From Ancylonema sp. (Eukaryota), in assembly GCA_050230475.1 (NCBI GenBank), contig JBFLGF010000005.1, forward strand, positions 124,001-158,801: a DNA stretch of 34,801 nt. The letters are read 5' to 3'. Below the pieces are notes generated by a model. The model searched no databases, was not told the origin of the DNA, and saw nothing but the letters and a program-made list of their open reading frames with translations. Position numbers and translations under genes: made by a program. The number at the start of each line of letters is the position of its first letter. The first letter of the stretch is position 1. Positions 16,243 to 29,700 of the stretch are shown piece by piece.

Positions 16243-19200
16243 ATGTCTGAAATAATACGGGGTCAGTCCAGAGAACGTCGGATTTTTTTTTCGGTGGTTG
16301 TAGGTCTCCTCTTTCAGAATTGTCGGCCCGTTTTGGCCGGCTTAGATGAAGGAAACTACAACGAGTTTGAACGATCAAGCATTCATTTGAAAGATCAGTC
16401 GTGGATGAAGTACGAATACACGGGAAACGAATCAATCTGGATGAGTACCCGAACTTCCGACCCTGTCTACGTTCCTTGTGCGGAAGCTAGAGATCCGTCA
16501 GTCATTCCAGGTTCGCTCTCCGTACACTCAGAAAGTACTACATTGAAGCATTTCAAATAAATTTTGTTTTTTTCTTGGGATTTTATCATGTAGGCTGGAC
16601 CAGTTTCTTGAAGCCGTTTGGACACTCTTTTGTATCTGCTTGCTTGCACATCGTGAGTAACACAACACGGCCATGATATGAATATCCGAACCCCTCCAAC
16701 GTATTACTTCACGTTCCTCACGAACATTCTCTTCTCGCCTTGAGTCCCCAGCTTCTCAAATGGAAAGCCGTGGCCTGCTCATGTTTGAGCCCGACGGTGG
16801 GCTGTGTCAAATCAAATGGGCCATCTTGAATGCCGTGGCTCTGGCCAGAGTCCTGAATGCCACTCTTGTCATTCCAACGTTGCGACCGCATTTTGCTTGG
16901 GGAGATAATAGGTGAGGAGCAAAGCTAAAGAGGGGGGAAATGAACGTAGTTGGGGTTGGAGACCAAACAAGCATCGGGGAAGTATACATTGCCATGCTGT
17001 AAGACGTGCATGAGCGCGGTGTCTCCCTGAAAAATAATATATCAAATGCGTGCATAGTTGCACAAACTAAGACTTAGTAAAACCGGATATTAAATGGACC
17101 CGTTTCCAGCCGGTTTCTTGATAGTGTAATCAAGTAATCTGTAATTTTATTTCAATGTCGTAAAACTAGGCGCCTAGAATAAGAAACAAGCAGACATATC
17201 TATGGGTATATATGTCAATATGTCTCACATTTACATAGTTCAGTCATGTGCATGTTCGGGTGCTCGAGATTGTATACCTTGGGCCTTCCATATTAATATG
17301 TATGCACCCATCATCATCATCATCATCATTATCATCATCATCATCATCATCATCATCCTCCTCATCATCATCCTTCTCCTCCTCATCATCATCATTATCA
17401 TCATTATCATCATCATCATCCTCATCATCATCATCCTCATCATCCTCATCCTCATCATCATCCTCATCATCATCACGGGTTGGGTGACATGCGTTCGTAT
17501 GCAGTACCTTTGGCGAGATGTACAACGTGAGAAAGTTTATTGCAGTCCTCAAAGATGACATCCGAATCCAAAGGTAGACGCACAACCCCTAATTCCGTGT
17601 GAAAACACAAGGCCTTCAATAATATTCTGATACCCACACACATATGGAAGTATTGCACATGTCCTTCTGCGACACCAAAGTCGGCGCACATGTGCAAATC
17701 ATTGAGAGGTACAAGGGGCATCCTATGTGGTATCATCATTCACATGATTGTCTTTGTCGTCATCATCATCATCATCATCATGAGCAACAACATGTATAGT
17801 GATACATTTTCTCATGTCCTCCCTCTCGTTTCAATCCGCACCTTCAATCACTTCTCGAACCACATGAAAGCGTGCGTGTGATGCTTGCATAAATTTTGAT
17901 AAATTTTGCTCGCTTCCCTCCAAAAAAAGTATAAATAGTCTATGTATTTTACAGGCTCTAAAAGCACAACCTCTATAAAGGCGAAAAACACCCTACCACC
18001 GTGGGAGGACCTTAAAGACGGTTGAGTGTTATCCTTTCTATACTTCAACTAGAAAAAAAGACATAGTTTCAACCCAACCATTCTCTCTCACCCCTCACCA
18101 CCATTTGTCAGAAAACTTAGCGACCACCAGCAGCGGCTAAGGGACTTACACGGAAGTCAGATCCAGATCTACCCCGGTAGCGAATGGAAGGGCTCAGATT
18201 ATTACAAGGATGCCCTCCTACCAATTCTTGATACATACGGAATGGTGATCGTGCAAAGGTTTTATCGCCAGTATGTGCCCGAGGAAGATGATACATATTT
18301 GCAAGTGAGAAGTCACCCTGCACACCAAACAACCAACAAAACCTTCAAAACCTATTTTCGGATGATTTCGTGTGATCGGAATGAAGACAAGCATGACAAA
18401 TTCTTAATTCATGTTCGTGTCTATACGCCTATGTTGAAAACCTTCATAATCTTTTTTGGGATCAACATGCTTATTTACATGCTCATGTTAATGGCAACTT
18501 TCCTTCTTCATTTGATGTCCCGTTTCATGATTCTTTTTTCATTTTTTCATACATAAATTATCGTATCTCGTTGATCAAATCTAAAACACAACCGACTTCC
18601 TTAATGTTCTGAACCAAGAGCATGACGCATTCCAAATTCCATTGAATGCGTTTTCAACCCAAAGACGAAGGACTTCACATGTGTGTCGCCCTCATGATGC
18701 AATTGACTCAAGTTGTCCCTGCTCTCCACCTCTTTGCTCATCCTTTTCCTACCATTCTAATCGCTCAGCAATTGCGGTGTCGAGCCAACTATCATGCCCT
18801 TCAACATACGGCGTCCATAAAACAGTGAGCTCAACACGGGCCCAAGGATTGTGAGCATTGGAAGTAAGCTCTAAATATTGCAAGGACGGCAATGCGGGGA
18901 ATCACTACATTAGTATATCTGTATATCAGTATATTACTCTACCACCAGATCACTATACCACCATATCAATATATTTATATATCACTGTACCACAAGATCA
19001 CTATAATTCTATATCACTAAACCACTGTATCACTACATTTGTCCAACCTATGACATGAACGGAACAATAGATGTCGTTATTTCTTTATCATCATGGTTCC
19101 ACCGGTATGTGACATCTCCTGTTACTCTCTACTCGTTCTTCCATCCATTTTTCACGAGGATTGGTTTTGGGTATAGAGTGGCCGCTACCATGATCCAGCA

Positions 19201-21017
19201 ATTGAGGGGATCCGAGGGAACCAAAAAGTTTGTGGCGGTTCATTTTCGATTTGAACCCGACTGGCTGGCGTATTCAGGTGGGTGGGGATGGATAAGGGGA
19301 ACGTTATGTATACAGGTATGGTTTGATGTAAGTGTGTGAATGTCCAATTATTCATATACCTATATATGCATTTGTATGTGTCTGTACGTGGGTACATCAA
19401 TGCATTCGTGTATGTATCCCATGTACGTATGTGCTTGTCCGTGTCTTCATGTTTTCTTGAAGGGATGTTTGTTCCCATCCTTTGATGGTGTGAAATTGGC
19501 ACCTACGTACCCACGAGTCATGCAACTTACAAGTGCATCGTAACACCTAGAAATAGAAGATTACAACTTGTTCCAGGAGGATCGTCGCCATTCATTCCGG
19601 CACTCCCACTAACGCTTGCGTGTATCGCGCACCTCGCGTCTCAAAAGGCTGTCTTAACAGTAAGGAGGCCAACACGGCACTACGAGAGTGGGCGAAGAAT
19701 CACGACCACTTTCCTTATAGAGGGAACTCGGAGCTATCGGCGAAAAAGAGAAAGAGAGGGGATTGCCCCGTAACACCCCTTGACCTCGCTATCATGCTCA
19801 AGGTAGGGGAAAGGGGAAACCGCAATGCAACAACAACGAAATCTTACGAAGTGAACACGATGGACTTGGGGAGAGTAGAAATTCAACTAAAGAAAAAATA
19901 AAAATGAAAACATGTAGAAGCATAGTTATATGTATTGTGACCTTCAAAATATTGACACCCTAACCATACACTCGTTATCACATTGCCTTCTACATTTTGT
20001 GCAGGGGCTCGGGATCGGTAGTGATGCCCAGATCTACATGGGGGGAGGCGCTGCCACAGGAGGAATGAAAGCAATGGCACCACTTTTGGAGGCGTTCCCG
20101 GGCCAGATAGTGACGAAAGACATGTTGCTGGGAGACGCTACGATGGAAAATTTGAGACCCTTCTCCATGAGAATGGCCTCGTTGGATTATCTCGTTCTTC
20201 TTGAGAGGTGCGAGGCGACCAATTGCTAAAGGGGCATGAAGTTGGTAGAGCACGATGGTGTTGTGGAGGAGAGGATATTTGGAAAGAAAAGATTGTATGC
20301 CCTTGCAACTTGTTCCTTTGGCACACATCACAGTCGCCCCCTTCTATAGGACGTTAATCACGGGAGCCCTACAAAAATGAAAAATAGAGATGAAGACAAA
20401 CATACGCACACAAAAAAAAGAGTCTGTTGTGCGCTTCTACGGGGGATGCAGTGACGTGGCTCTCTTGACCTCCTCGGGAAATTTCGCGGTGATGGTGGAT
20501 GGCCATCGCTATTATCAATCAGGGGGGACTAAGGTGGGTTCTCTCTCTTCCTCTCTCCCTCTCTCCCTCTCTCCCTCTCGCTCTCTCGCTCTCTTGCTCT
20601 CCCTTTCCTCTCCCTCTTCCACTCCCCTTCCCTTTCCCTCTTCCCCCCACAAAATGATTCGTTGAGGACGCCGTAGCTTTCAACTTATAACCCAATGTGT
20701 ACTTCACTTCGATAGTGTTTGGAGAGCACAATCGAAATCGCATGTTGTATTTCGATTTTTTGTCAAATTTGAATACAATTATTCGTCACATAACCGTGTG
20801 TGAGCAGGAAACTCTAAGCATGCGAGCGGGCTATCTTAATAGCGAACTCGAAGAGGCACCTCTCAACATGGACCGCGTGCACAAACGAATGCAAATGTTT
20901 CGGAAAGTCTTTACTCCGGATCCGAACGAGGGGCGATCGGTGAACAAGGATTTCTATGCCCGACCACGGGAGTGTATACAGAGGCTCGAGCGAGCGGAAG
21001 GAGAGACTAGGAGATAA
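16243..21017 (+). CDS. GT106 / plant O-fucosyltransferase-family (DUF246/PF10250) glycosyltransferase 1 (10 exons, ~498 aa)
   Basis: Exons 16243-16510, 16752-16911, 17505-17573, 18112-18304, 18769-18824, 19177-19277, 19648-19802, 20005-20207, 20452-20533, 20808-21017 (1497 nt, in frame). Motifs [70 protein letters not shown]. Confidence 0.9.
17309..17475. repeat. (CAT/CCT)n trinucleotide microsatellite in intron 2 of GT106-1
   Basis: ~55 imperfect CAT units seen directly. Confidence 0.95.
18900..19040. repeat. Degenerate ~8-bp minisatellite (ATCACTAT/ACCACTAT-like) in an intron
   Basis: Recurring ATCACTA/ACCAC units. Confidence 0.5.
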
Positions 21018-21988
21018 AATAAAAATTAAGTGGTTCAAGATTTTTTGGTAGACAAGTGTGAAGAATAAAAAGAGATTAAATTCACTTGTATGATACCCAG
21101 CAGTCTATCACAATTTGGATGTTATTGATGTTGAATTTATTTCGATTTATTGTTGATGAATGCATTTCCACGGTACATAGGCTTTTTGATGGCGACTTGC
21201 TTGAGATGTGAATTGTGGGATACGTAGCTGCATGAACGTGGGAACCTTGAAGCACTTGTGGTCTTCTAAAGTGATCCTTCATATGCGGAACTAGTCAGGA
21301 ACCTTATAGAGTTAAGTAATTCATGTATTTGTCAACCTAAAATAGGTTGTGGATGCGACCCGGAAACAACTCAGATACACGAGGAAGAATCTCCAATCCT
21401 TCAAATGAAAAGTTATACATGAACGGGACGTACTACCCGTCCGGTCGCCACATTTTTTCTTCTTCTCATTTTGTGATTTTGAGATAGTGCAATTTCTCAA
21501 GTTTGATATTTTGAGATTTTGTACTTATATGTTACTTGATTTTGTGATTCTGTCATTTTCTTCTTGTGACATTTTTTTAAGTTTGTGATTCTTTGGGTTT
21601 ACATCCCAAATCCGTAAAGGTGAGGTGAGAAAAGTATCCGGGACATGTTTTACTAGTAATTTTCTTTTCCTTGCGGGATTTGTTTTCCCGGTTTTGGGTT
21701 GATATCACCAAACCCGTATTTAGGTACAAAAGTGCCGTTCCACAACTGAAAAATCGAGCTCCGTGTAAGTAAGATGTATTTGACGCTATAAGCTGGTGTC
21801 AATATGGTTGTATAGATGTATGTGCCCATACTCCTGGTGGGTGCGATAGATGTTCGGATGTTGAGTGACAATTCAACAAGCTGAAATAATAAAGACTCCT
21901 CGGTGTACCGAGATGTTGTGCACTGTGCCACAATGCGTGATAAGGTGCTCATGTTGCTCACACTATTAGTGACACGTTCGTATTGACA

Positions 21989-22340
21989 CATTGTTGCACG
22001 GATGGGCGGACCAGGATTTTGAGGTCCCAGTTCCGGAGAGGGGTCCATCCTTTTGGGCCAAAATGTCAGTAATAGAATACTTTCGGTTTTTCTTTTAGGA
22101 TTTTGAAAGGTTTACCGTGAAGGAAAATATCCAAAAGTATCTGCTCTGTTTATCACGGTGGCTTGTGCATCGTCCAAAAATACTAATAATAATAAATGTA
22201 TCCCTAAAGAAAACTCTGACATGTCCATCCCCCCCCGAAAATTGCCGGGGAGGGAAACCCCTAAAAGATCCCCGGTTCCGACTCCGGACCCGGTCTGACT
22301 GCGGTCCGAAAAGAAAATCTTGCCGGTCCGTGCAACTAAG
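21989..22340. mobile_element. Old hAT-like MITE
   Basis: Ends CATTGTTGCACGGA / TCCGTGCAACTAAG share GTTGCACGGA in inverted orientation. Flanks TATTGACA / TAATGACG are a 6/8 TSD match. Confidence 0.65.
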
Positions 22341-22765
22341 TAATGACGTGTTTGGGATATCAGTATTGGACTGCGTATATGCAACACATCTTCGTGGTGT
22401 TGGTAAATATGACTACCGTTGGCGCTTAAGTATATGTGGATAATCATGTCTACTCATCTATTTGAATGATCAATATCCTCGAGGTAAGGGGACGAGGCGT
22501 TTGTTGGAAATCGTACTCACTTGTGGTCATTCAGGTGAGTGACATGAACGGTTGTACATATAGTGACGTGTCTTACGAGATACCGTTGTGATTTAAAAAC
22601 ATGCGAGTGCCCCTCGCCATTCACGCCCACACGCTATCTCCATCGCTTAGATAGTTGATGTATTAACCATTATAAGTTAGTATGAACGCCTCTCCTTACA
22701 CGTTAGACTTTCCAAGTTGGCCAAACGCTTATTGTGTGCGGTGCGAGGTGGTATATGTAGCTCGT

Positions 22766-23836
22766 TGTCGCACTAGCCCTGGTGACGTGCCAGATAGGAT
22801 CGATAGGGTAAAGGGTCGTTGATGACGTAATCAGTTGATGTATGACGTCATAACGTAGTCCATCGACATGAATTGGTGAATGTCGATATCGATGACTCTG
22901 TAAGTGTAACTAGGCATCTGCCCTAACCAAGGAGTTTGGCACGCTTGAATCGCGGTAGTGATCGTAAACGATCACCGAAACGTCGACAGGAACGGTAACT
23001 TGACTCGTTACTCTCTCGCTGCGGGCAAGCAGACAATGCTATCGACACTCTGAGGATTCTAAAAGAGTGTGAAGCAATACAATATAACTAAGTAAGAACA
23101 CTATAGCTATCGGTCGGCGACCAGCTATTTATGTGTAAGTCTTAGTTGCTTGTAATCTGCAGCAAAGGACTTCAAATATGCAAACTGAGCGCGGCTCTGA
23201 CTTGCGTCGTGTAAAAGAACACGTAGGGTAAATCGCGGAAGCAAAGTAAACTAACTGAAGCACGATGAGCGAAAGCTCGGATGTGCAAGCAACAATGACA
23301 ATAAATCACACTATGCAAGCAAGCAGATTGCAAGGCAAAGCACAAAAGCACAATAGACAGAGATACCGATTACACAAGAGGCAAGATAGGATGCAATTCT
23401 CTTCAGCGTTAGATTGAGCGAAAGCTGAATTCTGAGTTCGTAGTACAAAGGTTTTATTCAAACTCTACAGACGACGCTAGACGCGTGTCGATCTATAATT
23501 CAATCTCACAAAATATATCTCGCGCGCAAATCTACAATATCTATCGTCGGATATTCATCGACGGCTAACAATTATGACAAGTCATCACAAGTTGATTGCT
23601 GACTAGTACAGGTGCCACGTCGGATCGACGGCCAATAAATGCTAAGCAAATCTCATTCAAATATTGAGCGGGGGCGCAGGCTGACAACTGGAGCTCGGGA
23701 GCGGGGCCGGCGAGCGGGACGGAAGTTGTAATGCGGCGGCACTCTTGATTTGGCGCGGCGCAGACGTGATTTATTATAGGGGGAGATTTAGTAGAAATTA
23801 GGGGTAAAACAGCTAACGATCTCAGACGTCGTGACA
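22766..23836 (-). mobile_element. Probable solo LTR (gypsy-like ends)
   Basis: Minus strand reads TGTCACGAC...GTGCGACA, with TATA-like TATAATAAAT and AATAAA and no coding capacity. Flanks CTCGT/CTGGA match only 3/5. Confidence 0.5.
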
Positions 23837-24549
23837 CTGGATACTCTTATACTCCAAATACTCCGCAACGACAATTCGAATCTACGCCCATAGCTTTGTG
23901 TGAAGGCAAGATATAACCGTCTACTACTCGCACTTGTCTAATAGTGTTGGCTTGTGTCGCATGCGATGCTTGGATAAAATTATTGGACTTGTTTAAGCAT
24001 CACATTCCACGGGAACGCTACGAATATTTAAGAACGTTACATATTTCACAAGTACACACAAGTACGCAATTAAATTGGGTCAGAGAGGATCACGATGTTC
24101 TTGAGGAGCTCACACATTCAAACAAATTAAGAATTATGATTAAAAAAATAAAAAACGGTTCCTTTATTTTTCTATTTTACACGTTATTTTACAAGTTTGA
24201 GTAAAAACACGTTATAGTAACCATGCAAGATGACTAAACTTAACATAGCGAAATCGAGAAAAACTATTTTAGTAAGTTTTTTTAGGCGATGGGCAGGAAA
24301 GGGGAAACGATTAAATTATTGAAAAGAATAGATGACTGATCGACTTTGAATATTTTGAGAGTGCAACGAAGTATAAGCCCTAGTACACATGTCTAAATAT
24401 GGTACCTTTTTCCATGGTGAGCCCCTTGTGGCTTCGTCATAAATTTGGAAGCTAGTGTACCCAATGACCATTACGTAATCTCAAAGAGGGGAGTAAAAAA
24501 ACCAATTCATAAATCCCATATAAATTATTTATACGAAGAGAATCTCTAA

Positions 24550-25163
24550 CAGTGCTCCCTCGGTACAACGACCCTCGATATAACGACAACCTCAGTATAA
24601 CGACAATTTTTTATAACTTTTTTAAAATCAAAATGAAATAGCCCTCGATATAAGCATAACGACATTCTATATAAAGACAAATTGTTTCAGGAATTTGTTA
24701 CTGAATGTCGTTATAGTGTGTATATAACGCTATTGCTCGCAGACAACGATGTATGGATATCGAGATAAATATAGAACGGCACCTCAAATTCTATATAGAA
24801 TTCTATATAGGTCCAATAGAATGTGCGTGTCCGGTGTTGCTTTGGAACAACCTTAATACCTCCCCAACTCTCCTCGTAAAACTTTGTGGTATATTTTGTC
24901 CATCCGCATGTATCGGTTTCATGACGCAGTTGTATAGCTCGTATATCACGCTGAATTTAATAGTCATGCCAAGGCAACTAACTCTAGGAAACACATAATA
25001 AACACATTTTCTTATTCACTTTGCTTCATTCGCAAAGTCCCTCGATACAATGACATAGATTTCAGATTCTACTAGTAAATATCGTTATACAATGTGTAAC
25101 GACACCTCGATATAACGACACTTTTATGAGAAAAAAAAATGTCGTTATATCGAGGGAGCACTG
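24550..25163. mobile_element. pogo/Tigger-like (Tc1/mariner) MITE
   Basis: TIR CAGTGCTCCCTCG(G/A)TA(C/T)AACGAC at both ends, TA on the right (AA on the left), internal GATATAACGACA repeats. Confidence 0.85.
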
Positions 25164-25228
25164 TATCGGAGTTTTACCAGTATGAGCCCTTTGTCGGAGA
25201 CCTATGGGGCTCATGAACCCGTCGTAGG

Positions 25229-25912
25229 TAGGGTTGTAAATATGACGTAATCCGGGTTTCGGCGTAAGTAATACAGCCGTAATTTACGAATTACCGTAAT
25301 ATAGTCATTTTACAAAAATCCATGTAATTTGACGATGGCCTTACATGTAAATCGTAATTAAGGTAATTACTAATTTACCGTCATGACGACCACAATGTAA
25401 AAATTACTCCTAGCAAATTTGGGACACTTCAGGCACGCCACAAGTTTAAGTTTTTTTTTTGGTCCCCCCCTTTTTTTTTATCCCCTACCTTCCACCCCCC
25501 CCGCTCACCCCGTAATATTTTCTCCCGGGCGACTTTCTCTATGCGTGAGAGTGCCCGACAATCTACTTTCTTCCTCGTGTACTAACATACTAGAACTTTC
25601 GCCGTAGATACACGTTTTAGTAAACGACAATGCAATGAAGTCAACAACTACTTCATAGTCGACAACATAGTCACAACGTTGTGGCGGACAACAATGTTAT
25701 GTAGGACGACGACGCCATGAAAGTCTAGTGATGGAATACCGCAATGACTTGGAATTTCCATGACATTTTCGTCTTCCAGGTTGGAAGACGAAAGGAGGAC
25801 GATCCTTACAGAGAAGATATGACGACGGACGAACACTATTTTGTATATGTTGGGAAACAACTTAAAATGAAGAGAATCAGTGTCATGCATTATTTGGAAT
25901 ATGTGGTTATTG

Positions 25913-25968
<56 letters not shown>

Positions 25969-26533
25969 CCTTGAAATGAAGCAAAAATACATTTTATAAG
26001 TTACAAAAAAAAGTTGCAAACACGATAGCAATGCAAGTTGATAATAGTTTATTACATGTTGTTACTAAATGCAAAGTTGACATTGCATTTTGCGAAGGAG
26101 AAAGTAGCACTATAAGTAGGTTGAGGAAGAAACGGAATATTGGACTTGAGGGGAGATGATGCACTAAAACATGGGCGGACAGGAAAAATATGGTGTATTG
26201 ATTTCGAAGGGAAGATAAGGTATGTTATTTTGGTACACATCTAGGTTATACCATCGAGAACTCCGTCCATGTGGGACAAATAATATGAAAACAACATAGT
26301 TTTAATATTGATTGAAAAATACACAATCTACAACCATGGGGAAAAAAAAAAAAAAAAAAAACCATACACCTTTTTTTTAATTTTTATAATAGCAATTCTT
26401 ATCAAAATCCACATATTACGTGTAATCGCCATTTTGGCCATGTATTACGTAATTGAGCAAATCGATGTAATTTGTAAGATTACGGTAATTGACGTATTAC
26501 GTGATGTAAATAAAAATAAAAATCACAATCCTA
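25229..26533. mobile_element. Non-autonomous hAT element
   Basis: Ends TAGGGTTGT / ACAATCCTA, perfect 8-bp TSD GTCGTAGG (25221-25228 and 26534-26541), many subterminal CGTAAT/ATTACG motifs. Confidence 0.88.
25915..25966. repeat. (TG)n microsatellite
   Basis: ~26 units seen directly. Confidence 0.95.
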
Positions 26534-26786
26534 GTCGTAGGGCGGTATCCCGAAATGCGAGCAACGATGGCTTGACTGTAAAGAGGGAATATTTTCCAAA
26601 AAGACCTTGGGGTAAGCTCAAATCAGCGTCATGCTGGCAGCATGTGTTCATCCCGCGCCAAGAGCACGGTCATGATGTCAGACCGTGCCGTACCGTGCCG
26701 CTGCAACAGCATGGATGTGATATCTGGTGGTTTTACACTGTTCCCCATAGCGTCTCTATGTAAAGTTGTATTTTTCTTATGAAACC

Positions 26787-29700
26787 ATGAACGTGCCGCA
26801 CCTTCCCCTCATCTTCCGCGGCCTGAGTACCGTACTTATCGTTCTAGCCACTGCCGAGGCCGATCTGACATCAAAAGAATTCGACTTCAACACGTGTGAG
26901 CATGACGTGGGTCTGCTTAGTAATGGCGACTGGAAAAGTTATGTACCGCAGGTCAACATCTTTCAACCGTTGCCGGACACCGGGCACCTGGCGCGGCTGC
27001 GACCTTGTGCTCTGGAACGGCTCCCAGAAGACTATCCTCTAGGTCAGCAGTTACAAGTGAGACGAATTGGAGTCTGTGACCATCAGAGTCAGGGGTTACA
27101 GGAAGCATGAAATCTGCATATTAAGAATGGCAAACGTGCTGTATTTGTACAAGTCCTGTAAGGGAAGAGCGGACACGTCGTATGCGCACATAAGGATGCC
27201 CGTACTGATCACATGTGCATGCATACATGCATCTCATAAAATTGTACAAATATACTAATATGTACATAACTATGAGTACATGCTGTCAGATAAATATTCG
27301 TATATTTTCACCTGTTTGTACCAATATACATTTTCCCCATACCCCCCTCTCTTATTCATTCCAGCCAGTGCGCGTCGCATGAACGGTTACCTGGTGGTGT
27401 TGACGGAGGGCGGTCTGAACCAGATCAGCATGGGGATAGCAAACGCAGTCGTATTCGCACGCGTACTAAATGCCACTCTCATTCTGCCGTCCCTCACTAG
27501 CGATGGGGAATGGGGGGACTCGAGGTGAGAGAAGGGGCGGCATGGTGGGGAAGGGTAGGGGGTGGAAATGGGATTGAAATTGGGAGTTCGCTGGCACTCC
27601 TTTCATTCTCTTCTTTTCCCTTTTCAGTTCCTTCAGCGATATCTACGACTCTGCCCACTTCATCTCCACGCTCAAACCTGATTTGCGCGTGTTGAAGTAA
27701 GTGAGGCGCAACAAATGATGAACAGTTGTGAGTAAGAGAACCTTTTTTGGAAGCAGCATTGGTGGTTCACAATTACAAATATGTAACTGTGAGTTGGAGA
27801 ATCTTGTTGATAAGCAGCATTGTTTACCAAAATATACGAAAATATGTAACGTTTTACGAATATCTAAACATGCGCTTACATCTGTATGAATATATGTATT
27901 CACATTAATCTGTACATGTATAAAATCATATGTATATGGATATACATATATGTATATCCATATGCATATATGGATACATATATCTGTCTACACATTATCT
28001 GTATACAAGTTCATGTCTTTGTACATAGTTCTGGATCTATACCTGTGGGTGTACACATATGCAGATATACATGTCCATCTGTGTCCCTGAACAATATGAT
28101 ACCCAATCTGCATACACACACTAGTGTATATAATTATGTAGGTATACATACATATTTATATTTAGCAAAGTAAGTGTATATGCATGAATGTATCCAGTTG
28201 TTGTTTTTGTATGTATGAATCTCCACATAGTGAATCCGTTTTTTTCTATGAACATATGAAAGTAACTTTATTAATGCGTCTGTCTACGTGTGCTGTTGAA
28301 GAAGCAGTCACAAAATCATATCCCCAGTGGTAAGGCACTGAGATACATGTGAGGGTGGTTTCCAGGAAGCTTCCTGCTAATGTCGAGGCGTCTCGTCCAG
28401 AAACTCGAGACGCTGTTGGGCACCACCACGGAGTGGATCAGTTGGTGGCGCATTACCTCCCTCTTCTGCTGAGAGATCGAGTATTAATTCTTAAAAGATT
28501 TCATTTTCAAGTGGGCGACAATCTACCGCCACATCTGGAGGTACGATATGCATTAAAAATAAAACAAACCACTGTTCTCTGGTCCACCCGACAATACGCA
28601 TTCTGAATGTTCGATGGTTTTAACAACGTAACATAAGCCCAAGTATCTTTATCATGAAGGACAGAGCGTCCACTCTGACGATGTACACATATTGTTTTAT
28701 TAATTGCAGCGACTACGCTGTCGGGTCCTTTTCCACGGACTGCGCTTCACGGAATCAATCAACCAGTAAGAGAATCCTCATTCTGCACATAATTTCTTTT
28801 CTTCTTTTTATGATATGTTCACATACACATGCACATGTACGTAACTGATTATGCTACGTCAAAGAGATATATGTCCAGAATATACAAATATATATGTATA
28901 CATATACAGATATATACATACAGCCTCCTATATGTACACATGTATGTATACGTAAACATATATATGTGTACATATAGTTATAGATGTATCTATATAGTTG
29001 TCTTGTTATGCATCCCTCTAGATATAAACACAAACCTGACCTGTTTCTCTCCAATATTTAAGACCTGGTGACCCAAACAATGGCTGGAAGAAATATTTAC
29101 ATATTTTTTCTCGCATTTTGTTTTGGTGGAGTATAGAGTTGCGTCCAAGATCGAGAGGAAGCTGAGGGTACTCTCCCGAGGAGGACCATTCCTTGGACTC
29201 CATCTCCGATTTGATGAGTTTTGGCTCAACACGTGGAAGTTTTTGTATCAAAGGAAAGGTGGCCAACTTACTCAGGCCTCATTTGTTTTCTCTCATAGGC
29301 TCAAAGGCTGTTTGTTCTTACGCAGAGGGAATCTTTGGAGAAGAAGCTTACACTTGGTACTAGTATGTGCCTTTTCCGGTCATATTCATTTGTCAGCAAA
29401 TGCTGTCAGAAACTGTATCTTTTCCATACTTCTGATGCCTTCTCCTGTTTCCCCGATGTCCAGTCGGCAACGCGTTTGGCAATTTGACAAGTGAGCCTCA
29501 ACCGATCATCCTTCAAATAAGGAATTGGGAACCTCAAAATCTTGCACAATGAAATGTAATATTTGTAAATGAGAAGCACGCAGACAATAAATACTTTACT
29601 CCATCTACCACAAAAGTACCCTCACTGGAATGTGTACTCTTGTTCTTCAACCTCAACATGATTGTCGAGAACTGAAACGTCTTTTACCACTACTTGGTAT

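Noticed and set aside
17202..17585. Poly-Ile, poly-Met, poly-Asp/Glu and poly-Ser ORFs
   Set aside because: These are reading frames of the intronic (CAT)n microsatellite, between well-supported exons 2 and 3.
21600..21660. Helitron 3' end (CTAG followed by T)
   Set aside because: No convincing subterminal hairpin and no identifiable 5' end.
21653..22765. ORFs of 108-131 aa between the two GT106 genes
   Set aside because: They overlap a MITE or cross its boundaries, and show no recognisable domain or splice structure.
24550..25163. Recurrent GATATAACGACA repeats as a CRISPR-like array
   Set aside because: Short, irregularly spaced, in both orientations and inside TIRs; these are subterminal repeats of a MITE in a eukaryotic context.
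25648..26031. 127-aa ORF with an HT repeat inside the hAT element
   Set aside because: Arises from the (TG)n microsatellite; no transposase motifs.
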